Assembly: GCA_964356125.1 (NCBI GenBank)
Contig: CAYHHH010000001.1
Location: 1,197 to 65,196 of the forward strand
Source of the DNA: an uncultured Bifidobacteriaceae bacterium
Lineage (GTDB): Bacteria; Acidobacteriota; Vicinamibacteria; Vicinamibacterales; JAMQPK01
DNA length: 64,000 nt
Direction: 5' to 3'
The position numbers and the translations under genes were made by a program. This document shows, piece after piece, positions 9,414-17,905 of the stretch (positions are counted from its first letter, which is position 1; each line of letters opens with the position of its first letter). The notes beneath the pieces are model-generated. The model saw only the letters and a list, made by a program, of their open reading frames with translations, was not told the DNA's origin and did no database searches.

Positions 9414-10517
9414 TCAATGCCCGGGAAGCACCTGGATCGATCCCGGATGGATCGAGACGTCCCACTGGCGATCGGTTGAGATGCCCAGCCGCTCGTACAC
9501 GAGCTTCGGAATCTCGATTTCCAGATCGTAGCCCCCCTGACTGGGGGTGCCGGGCCGCGCGAGCCGGAAGAACAACACCCATGTCGTCCCCTCATCGCGC
9601 TCGCCCACAATTTCGCCGTTGAACAGGTTCGTTTGCCGCAGCCCGTCTGTCACCGGACGGTTCTTGCGAATCAGGCGCACGTACTCGGGGCGGATAAAAA
9701 AGGCGAGCGTATCGCCGGCTCGCGCATGCAGCGGATGGCTTGGCGAGCGCGCGGCTTCCAGACGTCCTCCGCGCCAATCGAGCACGATCGAATCGCCGGT
9801 CGCATCGGCAATCGTCGCGCGCAGCACGTTTCGCGCGCCGATCAACCGCGCCACGCGCTCCGACGAAGGGTTCCACAGCAGGTCGTTCTTCGGCACCGCG
9901 GCGGTCGTGCCGCCATGCTCGTAGAGGACGACCATGTCGGCGATCTGATAGGCCTCGGGCAAGTCGTGGGTGACCAGCACCGCGAGCTTGCCCCACTCGC
10001 GCAGCGTCTGGCTGAGCTCGGCCGACAACTCGCGGCGCAGCGGGGCATCGAGCGCCGAGAACGGCTCGTCGAGCAGCAGGACGTCGGGATCGGTGGCGAG
10101 CGCGCGCGCGAGCGCGACGCGCTGCTGCTGTCCCCCTGACAGATCGGCGGGATACCGCGACGTCAGCGTGCTCAGTCCAAGGCGGTCGATGACGGGCTTC
10201 GTGCGGTCGATCCCTCTTACTCCGTACGCGATGTTCTGCGCGACCGTCATGTGAGGAAACAGCGCGTAACCCTGAAAGACGTACCCGACCCGGCGTTCCT
10301 GTGGCCGCAGATTGATCCGCTCGCCGCTGTCAAACAGCGTCCGGCCGGCGGAAACGACGCGCCCCGAGTCGGGTGTGATGAGGCCGGCGATGCACTGCAG
10401 CGTGAGCGTTTTTCCCGAGCCCGACGGCCCGACGAGCGCGACGATCGGCTGGTCGCTGGTCCAGGACGCGTCGAGCGTGAAATCACCGAACCGTTTGTGC
10501 GCGGTGAGGCTGAGCAT
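9414..10517 (-). CDS. modC: molybdate ABC transporter ATP-binding protein
   Basis: Internal ATG at 10517 forms an ATGA overlap with the modB stop. Walker A GPSGSGKT, signature LSGGQQQR, Walker B LLLDEP, and a C-terminal TOBE-like domain. Confidence 0.85.
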   Translation of the reverse strand: MLSLTAHKRFGDFTLDASWTSDQPIVALVGPSGSGKTLTLQCIAGLITPDSGRVVSAGRTLFDSGERINLRPQERRVGYVFQGYALFPHMTVAQNIAYGVRGIDRTKPVIDRLGLSTLTSRYPADLSGGQQQRVALARALATDPDVLLLDEPFSALDAPLRRELSAELSQTLREWGKLAVLVTHDLPEAYQIADMVVLYEHGGTTAAVPKNDLLWNPSSERVARLIGARNVLRATIADATGDSIVLDWRGGRLEAARSPSHPLHARAGDTLAFFIRPEYVRLIRKNRPVTDGLRQTNLFNGEIVGERDEGTTWVLFFRLARPGTPSQGGYDLEIEIPKLVYERLGISTDRQWDVSIHPGSIQVLPGH

Positions 10518-11170
10518 CAGAAACGGAGCCGCGCGGCGCGTCCCAGCGCGAGCATCAGGAACAGCACGATGCCGATGCTCACGAGCGACAGCGTGTTCGC
10601 CTGATCGAGCTGATTGGCCTGGACGTGATCGTAGATGGCGAGCGGAAGCGTTTGTGTGCGGCCGGGAATGTTGCCGGCCACCATGAGCGTGATGCCGAAG
10701 TCCCCGAACGCGCGGCAGAACGCCAGCACGGTGCCCGCGAGAATCGCCCGCCAGGCGAGCGGCACCGAGATCGTCCAGAAGATGCTGAGCTCGGAATGTC
10801 CGAGGGTCTCGGCAGCCTGCTCGAGACGGCGATCGACCGATTCGAAACCCGACTGCGCCGTCTTGATGAGCAGCGGAAACGATCCGACGGCAGCCGCCAG
10901 TACTGCGGCCCGCCACGTGAACGCGAGCTCGATGTTCCATGCGGCCAGGGCCCGGCCGATCGCGCCGCGCGAGCCGATCAGCATCAGCAGGTAGTACCCG
11001 AGCACCGTCGGCGGCAGCACCAGAGGGCTGAGAAGCGCGGCGCTCACCACATCACGTCCCGGAAACCGGCGTCGCGCGAGCAGCCACGCGACCGGCACGC
11101 CCGCGACGACTGTCAGCACCGTCGCCAGTAATGCCACGCGCAGCGATAACCAGACGGGAAATAAATCCAT
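10517..11170 (-). CDS. modB: molybdate ABC transporter permease
   Basis: 217 aa with 5-6 TM helices and the permease loop motif LEQAAETLG. ATGA overlaps with both neighbours. Confidence 0.9.
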   Translation of the reverse strand: MDLFPVWLSLRVALLATVLTVVAGVPVAWLLARRRFPGRDVVSAALLSPLVLPPTVLGYYLLMLIGSRGAIGRALAAWNIELAFTWRAAVLAAAVGSFPLLIKTAQSGFESVDRRLEQAAETLGHSELSIFWTISVPLAWRAILAGTVLAFCRAFGDFGITLMVAGNIPGRTQTLPLAIYDHVQANQLDQANTLSLVSIGIVLFLMLALGRAARLRF

Positions 11171-11946
11171 CAGAAGGACTCGCCTGGCAACAGGAAGCCG
11201 AACGTCCGCATCACAAATCGCCCTTGCGTGCCGTTGACGAACTCGATGAACGACATCGACGCGGCCGGTTGTTTCGTGCGGGAGAGGACGGCCGCCATCT
11301 GCTCGATCGGACGGTGAAGACGCGCGTCGACCAGCTTCCACTGCAGGTCGGAGGCATCCGCGACCGATCTCGCGACGATGCCGGCCTGAGCGGATCCGCT
11401 GCGGACGAACTGGACGGCCTGCTGGACGTTCTCGCCGAACACCAGCTTCGGTTCGAGCGTCTCCCAGAGCCCCGCGGCCTCGACCGCGTGTTTCGCCGCG
11501 AGCCCATACGGCGCGTGCTGCGGGTTCGCGATCGCGATGCGCGCGATGCGCGCGTCTGCCAGATCCTTGAGATCGTTGACCCGGATGCCGCTCGACGTGA
11601 GCGTGACCGTCGCGATGCGGCCGCGTGCGTAGATCGCGTGCGTCTGGCGCAGCGTCAGGTTCTCGGTCGCGAGATCGGTGATGAAGCTTTCGTTCGCGGC
11701 GAAGAACACGTCGGCGGGCGCGCCGTTTCGAATCTGCTGGGCGAGCGTGCCGGTCGAGCCGACCACGAGCGTCACGTCGGTCCGCGTCTTTCGCTCGAAC
11801 CGCGGAACGATCTGCGCGAACGCGGGACCGAGGTCGGACGCGGCAAACACGATCAGCGGCGCGGGCGGCGGCTCTTGGGCGCCCCCCGGCACTCCGTGGG
11901 CAGTCCAGAGTCCAAAGACCAAAGTCCACAACCAGGCAAAACGCAT
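11170..11946 (-). CDS. modA: molybdate ABC transporter substrate-binding protein
   Basis: LIVFAASDL...VGSTGTLAQQIRNGAPADVFFAAN is typical of ModA. ATG at 11946 chosen (MRFAWLWTLVFGLWTAHG signal peptide). The signal peptide is partly encoded by a heptamer array. Confidence 0.85.
   Translation of the reverse strand: MRFAWLWTLVFGLWTAHGVPGGAQEPPPAPLIVFAASDLGPAFAQIVPRFERKTRTDVTLVVGSTGTLAQQIRNGAPADVFFAANESFITDLATENLTLRQTHAIYARGRIATVTLTSSGIRVNDLKDLADARIARIAIANPQHAPYGLAAKHAVEAAGLWETLEPKLVFGENVQQAVQFVRSGSAQAGIVARSVADASDLQWKLVDARLHRPIEQMAAVLSRTKQPAASMSFIEFVNGTQGRFVMRTFGFLLPGESF
11901..11933 (+). repeat. heptamer array, GTCCAGA/GTCCAAA family (inside the modA signal-peptide region)
   Basis: CAGTCCAGAGTCCAAAGACCAAAGTCCACAACC. 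Confidence 0.7.
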
Positions 11947-11950
11947 AGGC

Positions 11951-11998
11951 GATTTGATATGATACCATTCGATTTTCGAAGTCAATTCAATCGATTTT
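11951..11998. promoter_or_regulatory. AT-rich divergent control region between modA and the HTH-TOBE regulator gene
   Basis: GATTTGATATGATACCATTCGATTTTCGAAGTCAATTCAATCGATTTT is strikingly AT-rich for this genome. It has repeated TCGATTTT and a TTCGA..TCGAA dyad. Confidence 0.45.
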
Positions 11999-12007
11999 GG
12001 AGGCAGG

Positions 12008-12457
12008 ATGGCGAACGACTTGGTCCGGGTGCGCGACGCCGCCCGCCGCCTCGGCGTCAGCTACGCGACGCTGAAACAGTGGATCTACAAAGGGACGCTG
12101 CGCACGGTCCAGACCGCCGGCGGCCACCATCGGATATCGGAATCGGAGCTCGAGCGCTTTCTGGCGCGCAAGGGTCCCGCCTCCGCGTCCGCGACGCTTC
12201 GGCGAGGCAGGCCTCGGTCCAAGAAGGTTCCCACTGTCCTCGTGGCCCTGAGCGGCCGCAATCAGCTTCGCGGCGTCGTCGAAGAGGTGCGCACCGACGG
12301 CCTCATGGCGCAGATCCGCCTGCGCATCGGCGACCAGACCCTGACCGCCATCATCACGCGCGACGCGATCGACGCGCTGCGCCTGAAGCGCGGGGATGAC
12401 GCGATGGCAGTCATTAAATCGACCGAGGTCATGATCGCGAAAGAAGCTAAACGCTGA
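12008..12457 (+). CDS. HTH (MerR/excisionase-type) DNA-binding protein fused to a TOBE/Mop molybdate-binding domain
   Basis: N-terminal LVRVRDAARRLGVSYATLKQWIYKG...HHRISESELERF. C-terminal SGRNQLRGVVEEV...IKSTEVMI TOBE fold. Divergent from modABC. Confidence 0.8.
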   Translation: MANDLVRVRDAARRLGVSYATLKQWIYKGTLRTVQTAGGHHRISESELERFLARKGPASASATLRRGRPRSKKVPTVLVALSGRNQLRGVVEEVRTDGLMAQIRLRIGDQTLTAIITRDAIDALRLKRGDDAMAVIKSTEVMIAKEAKR

Positions 12458-12542
12458 AAGTCCAGAGTCCAGAGTCCAGAGTCCAGAGTCCAGAGTCCAG
12501 AGTCCAGAGTCCAAAGTCCAAAGTCCAAAGTCCAAAGTCCGG
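12457..12542 (+). repeat. heptamer tandem array (TCCAGAG)x7 (TCCAAAG)x4
   Basis: Read directly. 11 perfect 7-nt units starting right at the stop of the HTH-TOBE gene. Confidence 0.95.
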
Positions 12543-12571
12543 ATGGCATCTCGAATGCCCTGACGCTGGGC

Positions 12572-12952
12572 ATGAAAGCTAAGAAACTCGAGGATTTGCA
12601 GGTATATAAGAAAGCGCTTAAAGGGATCGCTGAAGTTTCTCCACTACTGGGGCGCCTCACAGTACGCAGAGATTTCAAACTGCACGATCAACTGTCAGAG
12701 TCTTCCGGCAATATCCCTGGGCATATTGCGGAGGGATTCGGACAGCTCACCGACAAACACTTCGCTCACTATTTAGGAATCGCGCGTGGCTCGGCCCAGG
12801 AAACGCGCGGGCACCTCGCGACGGCTCTGGCAAAGAAACACATTTCAGCCGAGGACGAGGCGCGCGTTTCGGGACTCTATCGCGACCTCTGCAATATGCT
12901 CACGGCCTTTATTGAGTACCTTCGCGGTTCGGATTTCCGCGACCGATGGTAA
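12572..12952 (+). CDS. four-helix-bundle protein (23S rRNA intervening-sequence protein family)
   Basis: LEDLQVYKKAL...SSGNIPGHIAEGFG...FAHYLGIARGSAQETRGHL matches the family pattern. 126 aa. Flanked by inverted heptamer arrays. Confidence 0.85.
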   Translation: MKAKKLEDLQVYKKALKGIAEVSPLLGRLTVRRDFKLHDQLSESSGNIPGHIAEGFGQLTDKHFAHYLGIARGSAQETRGHLATALAKKHISAEDEARVSGLYRDLCNMLTAFIEYLRGSDFRDRW

Positions 12953-12979
12953 CCGTGGCGAGAAACCTCGACCCTCGTA

Positions 12980-13044
12980 CTCTGGCCTCTGGCCTTTTGG
13001 CCTTTTGGACTCTGGACTCTCGACTTTGGACTTTGGACTTTGCC
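12980..13044 (-). repeat. heptamer array, reverse-complement orientation of 12457-12542
   Basis: CTCTGGC CTCTGGC CTTTTGG ... CTCTGGA CTCTCGA CTTTGGA CTTTGGA CTTTG. Confidence 0.9.
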
Positions 13045-13055
13045 CCATTCACGCC

Positions 13056-13071
13056 ACGTAAGCACTTACGT
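13056..13071. promoter_or_regulatory. 16-bp perfect palindrome, candidate activator (UAS) site
   Basis: ACGTAAG-CA-CTTACGT, about 65 bp upstream of the sigma-54-type promoter. Confidence 0.3.
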
Positions 13072-13122
13072 AAACGGTAAGGTCCGCACGCGATCTCCTC
13101 AATAAATCCCGCACCCTTTCAC

Positions 13123-13138
13123 TGGTCCAGCCATTGCA
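13123..13138 (+). promoter_or_regulatory. sigma-54-type promoter (-24 TGG / -12 TTGCA) upstream of the CHRD gene
   Basis: TGGTCCAGCCATTGCA has GG-N10-GC spacing. Predicted +1 near 13149, SD 13158-13164, ATG 13170. Confidence 0.5.
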
Positions 13139-13169
13139 CTGGTGTCTATCCTTCCTTGGAGGAGACCAC

Positions 13170-13700
13170 ATGAAACGTCTTGCGATGCTCGCTCTGGTTC
13201 TTGCGTTCGGAATTTCCTGCGACGATTCACCGACCAGTCCCTCGGCCAATCCGAACGTCGCCCGGTTCACCGCGATTCTGCTGCCGTCGAACGAGGTGCC
13301 GGCTGTCACCAACGCCGACGCGTCGGCCAGCGGGACGATGCAGATGACGATGACCGTGACGCGCGACGCGGCCAACAACATCACCGGCGCGACGTACGAC
13401 TTCACCCTCCACGTCACCGGCTTTCCGGCGAACACGAGGCTGACCGGCGCGCATATCCATGCCGCAGCGGCCGGTACGAATTCGGGCGTCGTGGTTGGGG
13501 TTGCGTTAACGGCGGATGAGGCGGCCCTCGCGACAGGACAGTCCACGATCGCGAAGACAGGGCTCACGGCGAATGTCGCTGCCAATGCCGCCCCGGTGGC
13601 TCAGAACATCTTCAACAATCCCGGCGGTAACTATTTCAACATCCACACCAGCGTCAACGGCGGCGGCGCGATTCGCGGGCAACTCGTAAAAGTGGAATAG
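13170..13700 (+). CDS. CHRD domain-containing lipoprotein
   Basis: ATG at 13170 after GGAGGAG. Lipobox LAFGISC. CHRD-type motifs LLPSNEVP...GAHIHAAAAGTNSGVV...IHTSVNGGGAIRGQL. Confidence 0.8.
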   Translation: MKRLAMLALVLAFGISCDDSPTSPSANPNVARFTAILLPSNEVPAVTNADASASGTMQMTMTVTRDAANNITGATYDFTLHVTGFPANTRLTGAHIHAAAAGTNSGVVVGVALTADEAALATGQSTIAKTGLTANVAANAAPVAQNIFNNPGGNYFNIHTSVNGGGAIRGQLVKVE

Positions 13701-13978
13701 CTTCGAGACGTCAGGACGGGAGCCGCTCGCGCGGGGCGTGTTCAATCCGACCCGCCCTCCTCGAAAGCCGCAACCACACGAACGCGATTACGCATGCGGG
13801 CCGCCGCAGCCGAGCGCCCAGAGAACCAGCGCCGAGAGGACGATCGAGGCCACCAGCATCTTCATACGCGACGCGAAGGCAAAGCCGATGCCGCAGGCCG
13901 GCGTGTCACTTGGGCGAAAACTGTGGATTGTCAGAGGGAAACGGTTACGCGGCGCGTAATCCCTTACGGTGCCAGAAA

Positions 13979-14080
13979 GCCGGGTCTTAAAAGCAAGACC
14001 CGGCCTACGCGGGGCCCCCAACGCGGCAGCCGCGTTGGGGTGCGAGTACGTAGGGCGGGTCCTGTTCTTCGGACCCGCCG

Positions 14081-14084
<4 letters not shown>
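13979..14084. repeat. three consecutive perfect-stem hairpins downstream of the sigma-54 regulator gene
   Basis: A 10-bp stem at 13979-14004 (+CTAC), an 11-bp stem at 14016-14040, and a 9-bp stem at 14054-14079 preceded by GTACGTAG and followed by GCTAC. Confidence 0.75.
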
Positions 14085-15444
<1,360 letters not shown>

Positions 15445-15448
<4 letters not shown>

Positions 15449-17286
15449 GCGTGTCCCTCCGGGAGATCGATACGAATTTCCGTTCCCTCGCCGGGACGGC
15501 TCTCGAGCGCGATCGTGCCTCCCATGCCCTCGATGATGTTCTTCGCGATCGCCAGGCCCAGGCCCGAGCCGGTGCGCGTCGTCGTGAAGTACGGATCGAA
15601 GACGCGCGGCAGATCTTCGGGCTTCACCCCGACGCCGCGATCGCGCACGGTGATGGCGAACGCATTAGGCGCACGGTGGGTCGTCATGGTGATGTCTTCG
15701 ACAGGGTTGAAACCCTGTGCCACCGCAACTGGAGAGCCCTGCGGTACCGGAACGGCCGCTCGCGCGGCGACGGCGTGGCGCGCATTCGTCAGGATGTTCA
15801 CGAGCGCGGTGCGCAGCCGCTCGGCGTCCGTGACGACGGTCCCGAGCGCGGGATCGGGTTGGATGGTCACATGCATCTCCTGGTGGCCGGCGCGCGTCGC
15901 TTCCTCGGCATCGGCGCACAAGGCGTTGACGTTGGCTGGCGCGTAGTCGAAGCGGATCGGCCGCGCGAAGTCGAGCACGTCGTTGACAACCCGGTTGAGC
16001 CGCGCGACTTCTTCGTCCACGTCGGTCAGCGCCTGCCGCATATCGTCGCGGCTCACCCGCTCGCTGGCGAGCGTCCGCAGCGACGCCTTGATGATCATCA
16101 GGGGATTGCGAATCTCGTGCGCGATGACGGTCGACAACCGCCCGAGCGCCGACAGCCGCTCGCGCTGCGCCGCCTCGCGCTGGAAGCGCGCAATCGAGTC
16201 GGTGAGCGTGTTGAACGTCGCCGCGAGCAGCTTGGCATCTTCGTCGTCCCAGCTCGCCGCGCGGCTCAACGCGATCTTCCGCGTCAGATCTCCGGTTGCC
16301 GACATTTCGCGCATCACGTCTGTAATCGTCGCCAGCGGACGCGTAATCGTCCGGGCCACAGCGTAGCTGAGAATCGTCGCCGCGAGCACGGCGATCATCG
16401 CCACGACGCCGAGGCCCGTGTGGATGGCGTCGAGGAACCGCAGCCGCTCCGTGCGCGAGCGGAGCAGCAGCACGCTCGGCGCGCGCTCGCCGCCCGAAGA
16501 GGCGGCCTGCGGCGTGAGCGGCCGCTTCAGCGCGACGTACTCGCCGGTGGCGAGCGCGATCGTCTGCACGCTACCGGTGTTCAGCAGCGACACAAGCTGT
16601 GCGCGATCGCCGGCCGGCAGCGTCGACGCGCGGATATGCCCGTCGACGGCGAACGCGATGTCGCTTTCCGTCGCCCGTTTGAATTGCGCCGCGAGCGCGT
16701 TGTCGAGACGGAAGCCGACGGAGAGCGTGCCCATGATTTCCGGTCGGTCCTGGTAGATGCTGACGGGCACGGCCATCATCTGCAGCACGCCGTCGGCCTG
16801 GGGCCAGAAGCCGACCGCCTCGCGCCCCGCGAGCGCCTCTTGAATTTCGGGCAGGGTGGCGATCGCGCCTTCCGCGATGTCGAGCGCGCCGGCTTCTGCG
16901 AGCACGCGCCCGGTTTTGTCCGTCAGCACGAGCAGCGCGGCGTCCAGTTGCTCCCGATATTCGCCGGCGAGCGGTTGCACGGTGGGCGGGTCGCCGGTAT
17001 CGACCGCCGCCTTCAACCGTGGGGCGTCCGCGACGAGGCGCGCCATGACCGTCAGCGTACGCAGGCGCGTCGCGCATTGCTCGTCGACGAGTGTGCCCGC
17101 TTCGAGCAGCCCGCGCTGCAGTTCTGCCTCGGCCTCGCGCGTCATGGTGCGGCTGACGAAATACACGGCCGCGCCGATCGACACCACGGCCAGCGCCGCG
17201 CTGGCCAGGAAAATCCGGTTGGTGAGCGATCCAAGAATCGTCACGCGGTCATCGCAGGGCGAAATCCGCTTCCACCGCGCCGCCAT
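15445..17286 (-). CDS. sensor histidine kinase (2 TM, large periplasmic domain, HAMP, HisKA, HATPase)
   Basis: H-box VIAHEIRNPL, N-box NILTNARHA, G-boxes DRGVGV and GSGLGLAI. 4-nt overlap with the regulator gene. Start is either ATG 17286 or GTG 17244. Confidence 0.85.
15700..15724 (-). repeat. REP-like hairpin inside the histidine-kinase CDS
   Basis: GACAGGGT-TGAA-ACCCTGTGCCACC belongs to the same family as 4080-4104. In frame, encoding VAVAQGFNPV. Confidence 0.7.
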
Positions 17287-17905
17287 CCTCAGGGATGACG
17301 ATCGGCCTCGACTCGCGGATGGCGCCTTCGTTCCACGCGACCAGCGTGTAGCGGCCCGGCGGGACGCGGCCAATCTGATATCGGCCGTCGGCCGACGTTA
17401 CCGCGAAATATCGATGGTTGAAGACGAGGATGAACGCGCTCATGTGCGAATGGATTTCGCAGAACACACGAACGATGCCCGGGCGATCGAAGCGCACCGG
17501 CTTCGAGCGTCCCGTCGCGTACCGGCCGAGATCGAAGCGCGGTGCGCGCAGCGAGAACACGTTGTGATAGGTGTTGTCGCTGTTCGGGAAATCCACGGTC
17601 GTCCCGACCGTAATCGCCAGCACATGCGGCACGAACGTCTCGTTCCGCTGATCCATCGTCGCGCGCTGCGGCTCCAGATCGGGGAACGCGAGGGCGGGCG
17701 CCGATTCGAGATAGACGACCGAGCGGCGAAGATCCGGCACATCGCGGCTCGCGTGCATCCCGAGGCCGGTCACGTTGGGGCGCCGCTCGATGGTGGGCGG
17801 CGTGCGCCGCACGTCGACGCGGCCGCGGATGACGCCCAGTGGCGCTTGCGCAGACACGTGCTCTGACAGGGCCAAGAGCAGAGAGCAAAGAGCCAGGTGC
17901 TTCAC
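17249..17905 (-). CDS. cupredoxin (type-1 copper site) protein with C-terminal carboxypeptidase-regulatory-like domain
   Basis: GTG start in a GTGA overlap with the upstream stop, followed by a signal peptide. Candidate ligand set is HNVF...CEIHSHM (His, Cys-x2-His-x2-Met). C-terminal YQIGRVPPGRYTLVAW beta-sandwich. Confidence 0.7.
   Translation of the reverse strand: MKHLALCSLLLALSEHVSAQAPLGVIRGRVDVRRTPPTIERRPNVTGLGMHASRDVPDLRRSVVYLESAPALAFPDLEPQRATMDQRNETFVPHVLAITVGTTVDFPNSDNTYHNVFSLRAPRFDLGRYATGRSKPVRFDRPGIVRVFCEIHSHMSAFILVFNHRYFAVTSADGRYQIGRVPPGRYTLVAWNEGAIRESRPIVIPEDGGAVEADFALR
17875..17893. repeat. AGAGCAG/AGAGCAA heptamer segment (inside the cupredoxin signal peptide)
   Basis: 19-nt AGAGCAGAGAGCAAAGAGC, identical to 61842-61860. 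Confidence 0.8.

Noticed and set aside
11947-12007. Molybdenum-cofactor riboswitch upstream of modA, the Mo-oxidoreductase (48623-48659) or the IorAB-like genes (61364-61372).
   Set aside because: The available upstream non-coding stretches are only about 60, 37 and 9 nt, too short for the roughly 100-140-nt Moco RNA motif.
11987-12535. 182-aa minus-strand ORF beginning MDFGLWTLDSGLWTLDSGLWTLD (and 12262-12678 similar).
   Set aside because: The periodic peptide is simply the translation of the heptamer array. The rest overlaps the well-supported HTH-TOBE gene on the other strand.
12457-12542. Possible CRISPR array.
   Set aside because: The period is only 7 nt with no unique spacers, there are no cas genes in the window, and other arrays have periods of 8-9 nt. 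These are tandem micro-repeats, not CRISPR.
12544-12558. TGGCAT-N5-ATGCC just upstream of the four-helix-bundle gene as a sigma-54 promoter.
   Set aside because: It is a perfect dyad (GGCAT/ATGCC), the -12 element is ATGC rather than TTGC, and the predicted +1 would fall on the start codon. A structural or operator role is as likely. Left unassigned.
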